From positions 2,630-66,629 of the forward strand of contig LCET01000004.1 in assembly GCA_000995185.1 (NCBI GenBank): 64,000 nucleotides of DNA, given 5' to 3'. The position numbers were made by a program, and so were the translations under genes. The notes beneath the pieces were generated by a model. It was given only the letters and a program-made list of their open reading frames with translations. It ran no database searches and was not told where the DNA came from. The stretch is from Candidatus Woesebacteria bacterium GW2011_GWC1_42_9 (GTDB lineage Bacteria; Patescibacteriota; Microgenomatia; UBA8517). How positions within the stretch are numbered: position 1 is the stretch's first letter; each line of letters starts with the position of its first letter. Positions 18,959 through 29,097 of this stretch are shown piece by piece.

Positions 18959-19529
18959 TTTTATTCTCTTTTGCCCATTTCGGGTAATAATTGTCGATCA
19001 ATTCAGCAAAAATTTTTTCCATTACCTCATCTATTTTCTGCCGCTCTTCTTTGGGGAAGTCTTTCAAGACATAATCCTCGCCAGGAATTCTATCTTTTAA
19101 TCCTCGGTTGTCTACCCCTATCCTAATCCTCCAAAAACCGGAAAAGCCTAATTGTTCTTCTATAGAATTCACGCCCTTGTGGTCCTTCGGGCCTACACCC
19201 TCTTGGATTTTATATTCCCCTAACTTTATGTCCAAATCATCGTGCACAACCCAAAGATCGCCAGGTTTAACGTTGTTATATTTAACAAACTTTTTAATGG
19301 CGATTCCGGATTTATTCATAAAGGTTCGGGGTTTAACTAGAGTAATCTGCGGGGACGGCCCAACCTGAAGCGACATATACTTATCAGTAACCGACCAGCT
19401 CTTGACCGATACCTCTAGATGCTCACCCGCTACTCGCTTTGAAAATAAATCCAAAAACACAAACCCCACATTGTGACGGCTAAAAGAACACTTACCGCCA
19501 GGATTCCCAAGACCCACGATAACTTTCAT
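18948..19529 (-). CDS. pth: Peptidyl-tRNA hydrolase
   Basis: MKVIVGLGNPG...HNVGF. Confidence 0.85.
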   Translation of the reverse strand: MKVIVGLGNPGGKCSFSRHNVGFVFLDLFSKRVAGEHLEVSVKSWSVTDKYMSLQVGPSPQITLVKPRTFMNKSGIAIKKFVKYNNVKPGDLWVVHDDLDIKLGEYKIQEGVGPKDHKGVNSIEEQLGFSGFWRIRIGVDNRGLKDRIPGEDYVLKDFPKEERQKIDEVMEKIFAELIDNYYPKWAKENKNGA

Positions 19530-19543
19530 CCAAAAATTATAGC

Positions 19544-19879
19544 TTACTTAAGCAATTTGTGCGCAAATTTCCCGACATAAGGCACTTCCCATTTCTCTCC
19601 TTGCCAGGCTTTAAATATCAAAAGCAGCCATAAAGCAAATCCTACAAGGGATAAAACTGGAACCAGAGGGATAAGAACTATCGTTACTCCCATAACCATT
19701 TGCAATACAAACAATCCTCCAAAAACTAAAATTGATTGCATTGCATGGAAACGGACATAAGCATCCTTCTCAATCAGAAGAAATAATATGCCGGTAATTG
19801 GCCCCAATACATAGCAGAGAGCTCCAAGTGTATTTACAGGAAGACCAGTTGTTGTTTTCTTAGCAGCCATAATTATCAC
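19544..19879 (-). CDS. DUF4870-like small membrane protein
   Basis: LCYVLGPITGILFLLIEKDAYVRFHAMQS pattern plus TM helices. Confidence 0.5.
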   Translation of the reverse strand: MIIMAAKKTTTGLPVNTLGALCYVLGPITGILFLLIEKDAYVRFHAMQSILVFGGLFVLQMVMGVTIVLIPLVPVLSLVGFALWLLLIFKAWQGEKWEVPYVGKFAHKLLK

Positions 19880-19987
19880 CTCCTTCTATTTCAATAGTAC
19901 ACGGAGAAATCGAGAAGCGAAAGATATAAAATTCCAATTAAATATAGAAGTCGTACGGAGGGCTCATTATCCGTACGACGGAAGGAA

Positions 19988-20482
19988 CTAATCATAGCGA
20001 TATGGATGGATAAAGCGGTCTATGGCAAAAAACTCCTCGGCTTCATCCGCATACACTACAAATGTCCCAAGATTTGGGTGGAATTCATCTCCACACGGTT
20101 CGTCATCTCTCAGGACAAAGACAAACTCATCGGCAAGCTCAAAATGCCAAGCCACCCAAATACAAAGACCTTCAATTTCAAGAACCAGGTCATTGTAAAC
20201 AAGGATGTCGCCTTCTTCCGGCTCAAAAACGCCTTGCTCGCCAAAGTCAACTTCCGGACCAACCCCAGCCTCCTGAAGGATCGTCCAGATAGAGTCAGCG
20301 CTATATTCGATCGCGTGGCCCATGACATCGGCATTTAGCCAATACCAATACCAATACGATTCCGAGCCTTGACGGAATTCCATCCAGCCGCTTTCGATCA
20401 CAACCTCTTCTTCCTGTGCTCCCATTGGTGTTACTATGAGCCCAACCAACAGCAGTACTACAACGATTACTTTAAGGCGCAT
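19988..20482 (-). CDS. Hypothetical secreted acidic protein (signal peptide)
   Basis: MRLKVIVVVLLLVGLIVTPMGAQ... Confidence 0.5.
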   Translation of the reverse strand: MRLKVIVVVLLLVGLIVTPMGAQEEEVVIESGWMEFRQGSESYWYWYWLNADVMGHAIEYSADSIWTILQEAGVGPEVDFGEQGVFEPEEGDILVYNDLVLEIEGLCIWVAWHFELADEFVFVLRDDEPCGDEFHPNLGTFVVYADEAEEFFAIDRFIHPYRYD

Positions 20483-20693
20483 CTCTGCACTCCTTTCACC
20501 TATCGTTATCCCATCCTAACACAAATATAGGACAAGTAAATAATTACTTTGAAGTCTAATTTCCCGCTTCAAACCCAGGAAGCACAGTATACCTTCCCAA
20601 GGGATCAACCATATAAAGATTGATTGTGGAGGAAGGGAAGGGTAATGTTTTTTGTTATACTCCCAAACCAAAGCCATACTAAATTATAACCGC

Positions 20694-22406
20694 CTATGAG
20701 TTTTTCTGTAATTTATAGAGACTCTCCAGCTCCTTAAGACTCGTGGCATCACCCACAGACTTATCACCCCGAAAGCGGACCAAGCGCGGGAAGCGAAGGG
20801 CAAGGCCAGCGGTATGCTTTGGAGATTTTGTCACTTCATCCGCGGCAAGCTCCACCACCACTTCCGGCGAGGTCCAAAAATCAGGCTCCAAATCTTTGTG
20901 AACTTCATACTCCTTGGGCTTTTCTTTAACAGTAAGTCTTTTCAAGCGCTTGGCTAATTCGCGAAATTGCTCGTCAGTTAATCCTGTCCCCACTTTAGTA
21001 ACTGTCTTTATTTTTTGATTTTTCCCAGGGTCCACTACTCCTGCCAAAAATTGCCCGATCCCAAACTTCACTCTTTTGCCCTTTCCCTGGGTGTAGCCCA
21101 TGACTACACAGTCAACTGTATCAGCTAGCTTGCCGCGCGCTTCCTCTATCTCCTTCATTTTTACCCAGCGCCAGCCTGTTCTCCCTGAGATATATTTACT
21201 ATCCGCTTTTTTTACAATTACCCCTTCTAGTCCTTGCGAAAGCTCCTCCTTATGTTTATCTTCAATAATCTTTGGGTCATCGGTAACGACGTACTCATCA
21301 ACTTGAAACAACAAATTCTTTTTGATTAACTTCTCAAGTTTCTCCCTCCTTTTAAGGTAAGTTAAATTCATTAAATTATTTCCATTTTCAAAAAGGACAT
21401 CAAAAATTTGAAAGCGAAGGGGGATATCTCCCGACAAACGTTTGATATCGTGCTTCCTTCTCCTTTGCATCGTGTGCTGAAAATCAACCATCTTTTTCGT
21501 TTTTGGATCAAGCCCCACCGCTTCCGAATCAAAAATCACAGACTTTGCCTCTGTATACTTTCCAATTTCCTCAAGCTCCGGAAACATATGGCTCACATCA
21601 TTAAGATTCCTGGTAAATGCCCTCACTTTCTCTCCCCGCTTGAAATGGATCTGGACCCTAAGCCCGTCAAACTTTGGCTCGACTGCCACTTCGCCCATTT
21701 TTTTAATCATTTCCGTTGGACTTTTAAGCCTTTGTGCGAGTATAGGAAGAATCGGTACGCCAAATGTCGGGGAATATTTTTCTGCCTTTTTAACTCCATT
21801 TACTTTGACCCGCGCCGCAAGCTTGCCAACATCAGGGAGCACTTTGTACATTTCCTCAATTTCTTTTTTTCTACTTTTGTCCCCCGACTCCATCACTGAA
21901 AGCGCATCAATTATTGTCTTATCGCTAAACCCAAGCCTTAATCTCCCCAGCGGGATCCTCACAAGAAACTTGGCAGACAACGGGTCAAGTTCTGCCAACA
22001 TTTTTGCTATTCCACTAATTTTTCTTTCCTGGCTTCCTCCTCCTTCATCCTCGGCCACTTTTCTCAAAGAATCATAAATCTCATTAACAGTTGCTTTCGA
22101 ATCATGCCTTCTCGCAAAAGTTTGAGCGACGTTCCCAAGGTCTCCTTTCTCTTTATATAAACTGCGGACCATTTTGGGATCTTTTTTGTAGGCTTCTGCA
22201 ATTGCCAAGATCATCATCCGGTCCGCCAAATTAAAGACTACGTTTTCATAGGCTGGAGCAAGCCTTCCAAGAAGTAAATAAACAGTCTTTTCGATTTCAT
22301 TTTTATCGGCACCCTTAAAAAGCTCTGCCAAAATACGAGTAATCTCATTTCGGGCAGAAGTTTTTTCTAACTTTTCCAAACATATCGCTAAGGTTTTAAA
22401 AGTCAT
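20694..22406 (-). CDS. ATP-dependent DNA ligase
   Basis: KxDG adenylation motif in EPKFDGLRVQIH; ligase motifs. Confidence 0.8.
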   Translation of the reverse strand: MTFKTLAICLEKLEKTSARNEITRILAELFKGADKNEIEKTVYLLLGRLAPAYENVVFNLADRMMILAIAEAYKKDPKMVRSLYKEKGDLGNVAQTFARRHDSKATVNEIYDSLRKVAEDEGGGSQERKISGIAKMLAELDPLSAKFLVRIPLGRLRLGFSDKTIIDALSVMESGDKSRKKEIEEMYKVLPDVGKLAARVKVNGVKKAEKYSPTFGVPILPILAQRLKSPTEMIKKMGEVAVEPKFDGLRVQIHFKRGEKVRAFTRNLNDVSHMFPELEEIGKYTEAKSVIFDSEAVGLDPKTKKMVDFQHTMQRRRKHDIKRLSGDIPLRFQIFDVLFENGNNLMNLTYLKRREKLEKLIKKNLLFQVDEYVVTDDPKIIEDKHKEELSQGLEGVIVKKADSKYISGRTGWRWVKMKEIEEARGKLADTVDCVVMGYTQGKGKRVKFGIGQFLAGVVDPGKNQKIKTVTKVGTGLTDEQFRELAKRLKRLTVKEKPKEYEVHKDLEPDFWTSPEVVVELAADEVTKSPKHTAGLALRFPRLVRFRGDKSVGDATSLKELESLYKLQKNS

Positions 22407-22601
22407 TTAGTTTGTGCCCGCCGAGAAAAAAATAAATATCAAAATAACCACTCCTATAAAAATCATCCCAAAAAGTACGCTAATTAGCCCATACCATTCC
22501 TCGTGAATTACTTTATTAGTGCCTTCCCCAATCAAAGCCAAACCAAACAAAGTTGGCAGAATCAGTATCATATATAATAATTGCGGGCCAGTTACACTCA
22601 T
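22407..22601 (-). CDS. Small membrane protein (64 aa)
   Basis: Two hydrophobic helices. Confidence 0.35.
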   Translation of the reverse strand: MSVTGPQLLYMILILPTLFGLALIGEGTNKVIHEEWYGLISVLFGMIFIGVVILIFIFFSAGTN

Positions 22602-23659
22602 GGTCGTTTCAAGTTATACCGGGCGGCTTTTGTCCTCCCTTCCTTTTCAATTATACCCTTGTTTATTAAGTCAGCGACGTCTCTTAAAATTGTATCATCA
22701 CTAACCATCGTCAATACATTTTTCAGATCGCTCATCGCCGCCTGTTTATTTTCAGAAATATACTCAATAAGCTTCATTTGCCTGGCAGAAAGAGCAACCT
22801 GTTCTCCGATCCGGGCACGAAGCCGAGAATCAACAGAGAGTTTTCTAACTTTCTCTTTTATCTTTACTAGCTCCACCCCAAGAGTTTCCGAAAAATACTC
22901 AATCCAGCTTGTTAAATCCCTCGCGGCGATATCGGTAGATTGCCTATCGACCTCATTAAAGGCGCCATAATATGCATCAAGATCCCGATCAAAATGTTCC
23001 TCCAACGAGAAAAATCGCTTAATGTCATAGCCTTCTTTTAGCATGACAAGGGCCGCATAGGCGCGAGAGGCTCTGCCGTTTCCTTCCACAAACGGATGGA
23101 TCGCAACTAAAACATAGTGGACAATGGCCGCTTTTATCACCGGGTGAATTTCGCGGGATTCTCTCGAGTTAAGCCAATTAAAAAAATCTTCCAGGAGATA
23201 GGGGATTTCCAAAGCCGGCGGAGGAGACAAAATCACCTTTCCGGTCCCCTCTTCCCGGATAACCACCTGAGTACTCCTTAAGACTCCAGACTTTTCTTCC
23301 GGAATTAGCCGGTACACAGTGGCTCTGTGGATCATCAGTAGGGAATCCAAATTGTAAGTATCCTGCTTTGCAAAATCTTCAAGAGTGCGTACGACATGCC
23401 GGTAGTTGATCACTTCCTGGACATCTCGCTCTCTGGCATATACCTCCTGCCCATCCAAAACCTGCTTTGTCTGGTCAAGCGTCAGGGCATTTCCTTCTAT
23501 TTGCGTGCCATGATATACAGTTCTGATAATTGCATCTGATTGAAACTGCTTCTCATAATCCGGTACCAGTGGAGCGTTCTCGATGACTTCCTTAGAAGCT
23601 TCTACTTGCCCAATATTTCGGAGAATTTTGTTGCTAATGATGTATTTTGGTGAATACAT
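22598..23659 (-). CDS. Fic-family protein (canonical motif)
   Basis: HPFVEGNGRASR; N-terminal TQIEGN inhibitory-like motif. Confidence 0.8.
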   Translation of the reverse strand: MYSPKYIISNKILRNIGQVEASKEVIENAPLVPDYEKQFQSDAIIRTVYHGTQIEGNALTLDQTKQVLDGQEVYARERDVQEVINYRHVVRTLEDFAKQDTYNLDSLLMIHRATVYRLIPEEKSGVLRSTQVVIREEGTGKVILSPPPALEIPYLLEDFFNWLNSRESREIHPVIKAAIVHYVLVAIHPFVEGNGRASRAYAALVMLKEGYDIKRFFSLEEHFDRDLDAYYGAFNEVDRQSTDIAARDLTSWIEYFSETLGVELVKIKEKVRKLSVDSRLRARIGEQVALSARQMKLIEYISENKQAAMSDLKNVLTMVSDDTILRDVADLINKGIIEKEGRTKAARYNLKRP

Positions 23660-23668
23660 GCGGCAATT

Positions 23669-24481
23669 TTACCGCATAATCCGCGGTAAAAACAAGCCCA
23701 GCTCGGAAGCTAAATCATCAGCATTGTAGTAACTGCCATTTTTTTTGAAAAGCTCCTCCCCGGCGCGTTTGGCGAGATAGCTTGCGGATGAGGCTGAAAT
23801 AAATCGTCCGTTGCTTGCTAATAACCCCACAACTAGCCCAGCCAATACATCCCCCATACCGCCTTTTCTCATCCCCCAGTTTCCCCCTTCCACTTTGATC
23901 GATTTTGTTGGCGAACAAATAACGTCATATTTCCCTTTTAGTAATATCGTGCAGTTATATTTCTCAGCAATTTCCTGGGGGTCAGCATCCCCAAAAAGCA
24001 TTTCATATTCCCTTTTACTTGGAGTAAGGATCGCTCCTTTAGGGATCCAATTAGGATTCATTAATTGAAGACTTCCGGCGTCTATTACCCACTTTCTATT
24101 TGGGAAATTCTTAAGTAGATTTTCTGTAGTTTCTCTAGTAGATCTACCGGCTTCGTCGCACTCTTTCTTTGATAAATTTTTTTCGCTCTTTGCCCTCATA
24201 AATCCGGGACCAATAAGGACCGCGTCAGATTTTTCAATATAGTCTCCCACTTCCCTCCATGGGATCCATATAAACGAAGACAGCTCCGATTTAAGATGAG
24301 CGGCCACATCACGATGAGATTTTACCGGGGAAGCAAAAAAGACAAGGCTCACAATTCTGGAAGCAACTTTTAAAGATAATAACGGCGCGCCATGGAACAA
24401 GTTCGATCCGCCAATAATTATGACTTGTTTACCCGGCTCAAGAGTAAGCTTGCCTAAATCAGACTCTTTGAAGACTTTCAT
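23669..24481 (-). CDS. nnr: NAD(P)H-hydrate dehydratase (YjeF C-terminal domain)
   Basis: LIGPGF... and GGMGDVLAGLVVGLLA. Confidence 0.75.
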   Translation of the reverse strand: MKVFKESDLGKLTLEPGKQVIIIGGSNLFHGAPLLSLKVASRIVSLVFFASPVKSHRDVAAHLKSELSSFIWIPWREVGDYIEKSDAVLIGPGFMRAKSEKNLSKKECDEAGRSTRETTENLLKNFPNRKWVIDAGSLQLMNPNWIPKGAILTPSKREYEMLFGDADPQEIAEKYNCTILLKGKYDVICSPTKSIKVEGGNWGMRKGGMGDVLAGLVVGLLASNGRFISASSASYLAKRAGEELFKKNGSYYNADDLASELGLFLPRIMR

Positions 24482-24669
24482 TTATCGTACGTTTCATCCA
24501 CCCAAGTAGGCACTTTTTTTGGTGGATTTTTTTTAAATTCTTCCCACCACTGCGGCTTAGCTGGAACGTCTTTTTTTATCTTGGGCTCATTTGGAGGGGA
24601 TTCAGAATCTAAATAAGTTCTTTGCTTGGGTGTATCTTTAGCAGGTTCTGACATAGCTCTTTCGACCAC
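24478..24669 (-). CDS. Hypothetical small K/P-rich protein
   Basis: ORF only. Confidence 0.3.
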   Translation of the reverse strand: MVERAMSEPAKDTPKQRTYLDSESPPNEPKIKKDVPAKPQWWEEFKKNPPKKVPTWVDETYDK

Positions 24670-24680
24670 GTTAGTCTATT

Positions 24681-25754
24681 TTAACCTTTTAATTCGATCT
24701 TTTCTACTCCCTTAAAATTTTTTATAAAATGCGGGTCGGCTGTGGTAATTATCGTCTGGAACTTTTTAGTTGCCAGCTTCACAATTTTCCGGTGAGATTT
24801 ATCAAGCTCAGAAAAGATATCATCCAACAAAAGCAGAGGGTCTTCTTTAGTCTCGCTTTTTATATACGAAAGCTCGGCTAATTTTACCCAAAGCACCCCC
24901 ATTCTCTGCTCCCCTCTACTGCCATAGGCCACAAGCTCTCTTCCCCGCCGCGAAGCCTTACCGGGCTTCACTTTAAATATAAAATCATCCCGGTGCGGCC
25001 CCACTAAGGTCATCCCTGCGGCCACCTCTTCACGGGCATATTGAGCAAGGCGCTCCTCACTTATCCCGCTCAGGTCATATTCAAGATTAAACTCAGTTTC
25101 GTTTAAGGAAGGACTATCATTAATAAAATCAATCAGTTTCTGCCGGGAGGAAGTTAAATAATTTCCATTTTTAATTAAAAGCTTGTCCCAGAATGTTAAG
25201 TGCGTTCTGGGGGCGCCCTCCTCGCGAATTGATATCAAAATCCGGTTTCTCCTTCTCAGTCCTTTCTCGTAAGCCAAGAGAGACCTTCGATATTCATAAT
25301 CAGATTGAGACAACACTGAGTCCAAGAAACGCCTCCTAATGCTTGGGGACTCCAAAACCAAATCTAAATCTTCTGGGCTAAATAAAACAACCCGAAGATT
25401 ACTCGCGAAATCCACCAGTCTTTTGGGGGTGTTATTTACTAAAAGTCTTTTTTTGGGAGCGCGCTCTCCGCTAATTTCTCCCCGAGTTAAGACCACTTCC
25501 AAATCAGTAGAAATATCATTATAAAGGACCCTTCCCTTGGTGTGCGCAAGACCTTTTTTGTAACTTATCATTTCGTCTTCAACTCGGGCTTTAAAACTTT
25601 TACCCACTGACAAAAGATAAATTGCCTCAAGCAAATTTGTTTTCCCACTCCCATTTGGACCAACAACGATGGTTGTGCCATCGGAAAACTCAAACAATTT
25701 TTCACTAAAATTCCTAAAGCCTTGAATCCTAACCTTTTGAAGCAACATTCGCAA
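24681..25754 (-). CDS. recF: DNA replication/repair protein RecF
   Basis: GPNGSGKTNLLEAIYLLS. Confidence 0.85.
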   Translation of the reverse strand: MRMLLQKVRIQGFRNFSEKLFEFSDGTTIVVGPNGSGKTNLLEAIYLLSVGKSFKARVEDEMISYKKGLAHTKGRVLYNDISTDLEVVLTRGEISGERAPKKRLLVNNTPKRLVDFASNLRVVLFSPEDLDLVLESPSIRRRFLDSVLSQSDYEYRRSLLAYEKGLRRRNRILISIREEGAPRTHLTFWDKLLIKNGNYLTSSRQKLIDFINDSPSLNETEFNLEYDLSGISEERLAQYAREEVAAGMTLVGPHRDDFIFKVKPGKASRRGRELVAYGSRGEQRMGVLWVKLAELSYIKSETKEDPLLLLDDIFSELDKSHRKIVKLATKKFQTIITTADPHFIKNFKGVEKIELKG

Positions 25755-25769
25755 ATTATAACCTAAAGA

Positions 25770-26600
25770 CTATTTCTTTTGACAAACGGGACAAATGAAG
25801 GTGCCGCGGCCGCCAACGACTATTCGCTTAATTACACCGCTTTTACACTGAGAACATTTTTTGCCAGACAATGAATACGCCACAAAATGATGATTGTATT
25901 CCCCCTCATCCCCCATCGCCGTTACATAATTTGTCTCACTCGATCCTTTAAGCTTAAGTCCCTTCTTAAGAACCCTAATAATGGCTTTATATAAATAAAC
26001 TGTCTCAGTTTTACTTAAACTATTTGCAGGACGAGCAGGATGGATTTTGGCCAAAAGTAAAGCTTCGTTAGCATAAATATTCCCAATTCCAGATATTTTC
26101 GATTGATCCAAGAGCAACACCTTTATCATTTTTTTGGTTGAAGAGAGAATTTCAACAAACTTTTTCAAAGTCAGGTCCCGCAATGGTTCCGGCCCGAGTT
26201 TTAATACAAAATCACTTTTGACTACCCTAATCCACCCAAAAATCCTCAGATCATTAAAAAATAACTTGCCGTTTTTATCCAGATCAAAAACCACTCTTGT
26301 ATGCTTTCCTGGGGCGCCCCCTGCTCGTGATGCTAATTTGGGGGGATTGCTTAACTTTGGTCCTCGATAAATTAGCTGACCGGTCATTTTAAGATGAATT
26401 GCAAGCGACAACTTATTGTCTAAATCAATTACTAATATCTTTGCAAATCTCCGTACAGACTTTATTTTTGCGCCAACTATTTTTGTCTTATCACCTTGAA
26501 AAATCTTGGCATGAGTTACCGTAACATTGACAATTTTATGCCCCACCAAAAATTTATCTAATTGAATTCTAATTGTTTCTACTTCCGGAAGTTCAGGCAT
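25770..26600 (-). CDS. mutM: Formamidopyrimidine-DNA glycosylase (Fpg/MutM)
   Basis: N-terminal MPELPEVE; C-terminal zinc finger. Confidence 0.85.
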   Translation of the reverse strand: MPELPEVETIRIQLDKFLVGHKIVNVTVTHAKIFQGDKTKIVGAKIKSVRRFAKILVIDLDNKLSLAIHLKMTGQLIYRGPKLSNPPKLASRAGGAPGKHTRVVFDLDKNGKLFFNDLRIFGWIRVVKSDFVLKLGPEPLRDLTLKKFVEILSSTKKMIKVLLLDQSKISGIGNIYANEALLLAKIHPARPANSLSKTETVYLYKAIIRVLKKGLKLKGSSETNYVTAMGDEGEYNHHFVAYSLSGKKCSQCKSGVIKRIVVGGRGTFICPVCQKK

Positions 26601-27711
26601 GGGTATTTACAAACAAACTTATTTTACTAACAAATTTTTCTTTAGAAAACCTTTTAGCGTTATTCTGGAGAGCCCTTTTGCTCCACTTAGTGCGATTAAG
26701 TTTGTTAATCGCTTTTTGAATTGTCTTTGCGTCAGTATCGTCAATTAATATCCCGGTTTTCCCATTTACTACAGATTCCTTAAAGCCCCCACCATTAAAA
26801 GCAATCACCGGGGTCCCAGCGGCTTGGGACTCAACTACGGTCATCCCAAAATCCTCATCACGCGCGAGCGCCACAAAGCCCTTTGCCATGGCATACAATT
26901 TCCACAAAGCGTCGTCGTCAACTCTGCCCAAAAATTCAACATATCCCTCTCCTTGTTTTTCCAAATTACTTTTAATATTTGTGAACCCGGCCGTCCCGCC
27001 AACTATTTTCAGAGGCACTTTTATTTTCTTAAATGCCCGAACAGCCTCTTCTAATCCCTTAGCGCCGGTTATCCTTGAGGCAATTAAAAAGAAATTTTGC
27101 TTTTCAATTCCTTCACTTGCAGTAATAATTTCCGAGACGTTAACAGGGGGATAAATCACCGTGGATTTTTTGTGGTAGAATTTTTGGATTCTTGCACTTA
27201 CGTTTTCAGAGTTTGCGATCCAATGATCAATTTTTTGTGCACTCTTATAATCAAAAATTCTCAAAAAATGGGCAATAATATTGCCATAAATTCTCACTGG
27301 CCAATATTTTTGCCAATCCATCCCAGTTTTGAAACCATATAAAAAGCGCGGCGGGGTATGACAATACGCAATGACTTTGGTCCGACGACTGGCGGATTCC
27401 CCGACCTTAAATCCCCGGGCAATATAATTGGAACAAGAACTAATGACTAAATCATATTTGGTTAAATCATGGCTCTTCCAGATCCACGGAAGCAGGAAAC
27501 GAAGCGGGCTATAGAGACGCCCATGTTTGATTATCAAAGCTAATTTACTTTCGTAAATTGTAAAATTCTTAAATTCGCGGCCAGCATCAGAATTTCTAAT
27601 ATAAAAAGCGGTGTAGATCGGGGCCTTGGGGTAAATCTCAGTGAGAACTTTCAAGACTCTCTCCGCACCTCCGAATTCCTTTATATAGTCATGGACTAAT
27701 GCCACTTTCAT
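26593..27711 (-). CDS. GT4 (GT-B) glycosyltransferase
   Basis: EDFGMTVVESQAAGTPVIA. Confidence 0.8.
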   Translation of the reverse strand: MKVALVHDYIKEFGGAERVLKVLTEIYPKAPIYTAFYIRNSDAGREFKNFTIYESKLALIIKHGRLYSPLRFLLPWIWKSHDLTKYDLVISSCSNYIARGFKVGESASRRTKVIAYCHTPPRFLYGFKTGMDWQKYWPVRIYGNIIAHFLRIFDYKSAQKIDHWIANSENVSARIQKFYHKKSTVIYPPVNVSEIITASEGIEKQNFFLIASRITGAKGLEEAVRAFKKIKVPLKIVGGTAGFTNIKSNLEKQGEGYVEFLGRVDDDALWKLYAMAKGFVALARDEDFGMTVVESQAAGTPVIAFNGGGFKESVVNGKTGILIDDTDAKTIQKAINKLNRTKWSKRALQNNAKRFSKEKFVSKISLFVNTHA

Positions 27712-27757
27712 GACTCAAATTATACTTCATCTAAAAAAATAAAGCCGCTGTTTATCT

Positions 27758-28138
27758 CTAAACGGCGGCCTTGCCAAATATCTCCCTAAGATTTATTTTG
27801 AGAGTTTCCCTCTGGTCACTTTTGATAATGACCCACCACTCCCTATTTCTGGAAGGGCGCATTGACTTTACAAACCCCATCCATGGCCAAGGGAAACTAA
27901 CCCTATGTATTATCCCCCTACCAATAAGAACGACTTCCTCGTGCTTTATCTCATCACCTGGCGACCTTAGCATTACCTCATCATAGGACACTGCATGGAT
28001 GTCCAAACCACCCAAGAAAATACACGAGGCAATTTTAATTCTTATTTCCGTTGAACGAGGACTTGATTCCTTCGACACGTAGTCAATAAATAACTCACGC
28101 GCTTCAGAGTGCAATAGATTCAACATTACAAATTTCAT
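27758..28138 (-). CDS. Hypothetical protein (126 aa)
   Basis: ORF with upstream TGGTATAATTTC motif at 28176-28190. Confidence 0.45.
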   Translation of the reverse strand: MKFVMLNLLHSEARELFIDYVSKESSPRSTEIRIKIASCIFLGGLDIHAVSYDEVMLRSPGDEIKHEEVVLIGRGIIHRVSFPWPWMGFVKSMRPSRNREWWVIIKSDQRETLKINLREIFGKAAV

Positions 28139-28200
28139 CCGAAACGTCTCCCTCTGTTAATGATCAGTCGTAGGAGAAATTATACCAATTTTCCGGGAAA

Positions 28201-29097
28201 TTAGAAGAGAGAGGTCTGAGAGGAAGACTTAATCATGCCATCAATCTTATGTAGCCGCACACTCAAGGTTTTGAAACCGTATTCTCTAAACAAAGCAAGA
28301 GATTTTTCATTTTCCAAGCTTTCTAACTTAGCGCCTTTCAAATCAAACTTTAATTTAACATCGGTTTTTATTTTAGCTAGTTTTTGCGACATTAACGCCG
28401 ATTCTTTATGCTCTTTTAATTTATTTGCTACTCGGAGAGGAATCTTATCGAGATTCTTGTAGATATTATCCAAATTTTTGTATTTACCGATCAAATCAAC
28501 CGCCGTTTTGGGCCCAATCCCTGGGACACCTTTATAATTATCAGAAGGATCCCCCACTAAAGCTTTATAATCAACAATCTGCGACGGGTTAATCCCCAAG
28601 CGCTTCTTAGTTTCTTTCATCCCGATAATTTCTGTGTTGGCCAGGCCCTTAACTGGCAAGCATACTTTTGTTTTGCTATTTATCAGCTGGAAAATATCCC
28701 TGTCGCCGGTCACGATAACCACCTCTTCCACTGCAATCTTTTTAGCAATCGTCCCAATGGCATCGTCCGCTTCCACTCCTGAAATTCTAAATGATGGTAT
28801 GCCTAATGCATCCACTATTTTATAGGCTTTGGAGAATTGGGAAATTAGATCACTGTGAGCTTTGGGGCGCTGTGCCTGGTAATCTTCAAAAATTTCATTC
28901 CTAAATGTGGGACCTTTATGGTCAAAAGCAAATACCAAATGCGTTGGTGATAAATCAGTAATTACTCTAAATAACATTGAAACTAATCCGTAAATCGCAT
29001 TAATTGGTTCTTTTTCCGGAGTGGTTAATGGGGGGAGTGCATGGTATGCCCGGTGCAATACTGCATTCCCGTCAATGATTACTAGCTTACTTGCCAT
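28201..29097 (-). CDS. 5'-3' exonuclease (Pol I N-terminal/FEN-like domain)
   Basis: LVIIDGNAVLHRAYHAL... Confidence 0.8.
   Translation of the reverse strand: MASKLVIIDGNAVLHRAYHALPPLTTPEKEPINAIYGLVSMLFRVITDLSPTHLVFAFDHKGPTFRNEIFEDYQAQRPKAHSDLISQFSKAYKIVDALGIPSFRISGVEADDAIGTIAKKIAVEEVVIVTGDRDIFQLINSKTKVCLPVKGLANTEIIGMKETKKRLGINPSQIVDYKALVGDPSDNYKGVPGIGPKTAVDLIGKYKNLDNIYKNLDKIPLRVANKLKEHKESALMSQKLAKIKTDVKLKFDLKGAKLESLENEKSLALFREYGFKTLSVRLHKIDGMIKSSSQTSLF

Noticed and set aside
21408-22077. Plus-strand ORFs 21408-21899 and 21640-22077
   Set aside because: They are antisense to the ATP-dependent DNA ligase gene and have no features.
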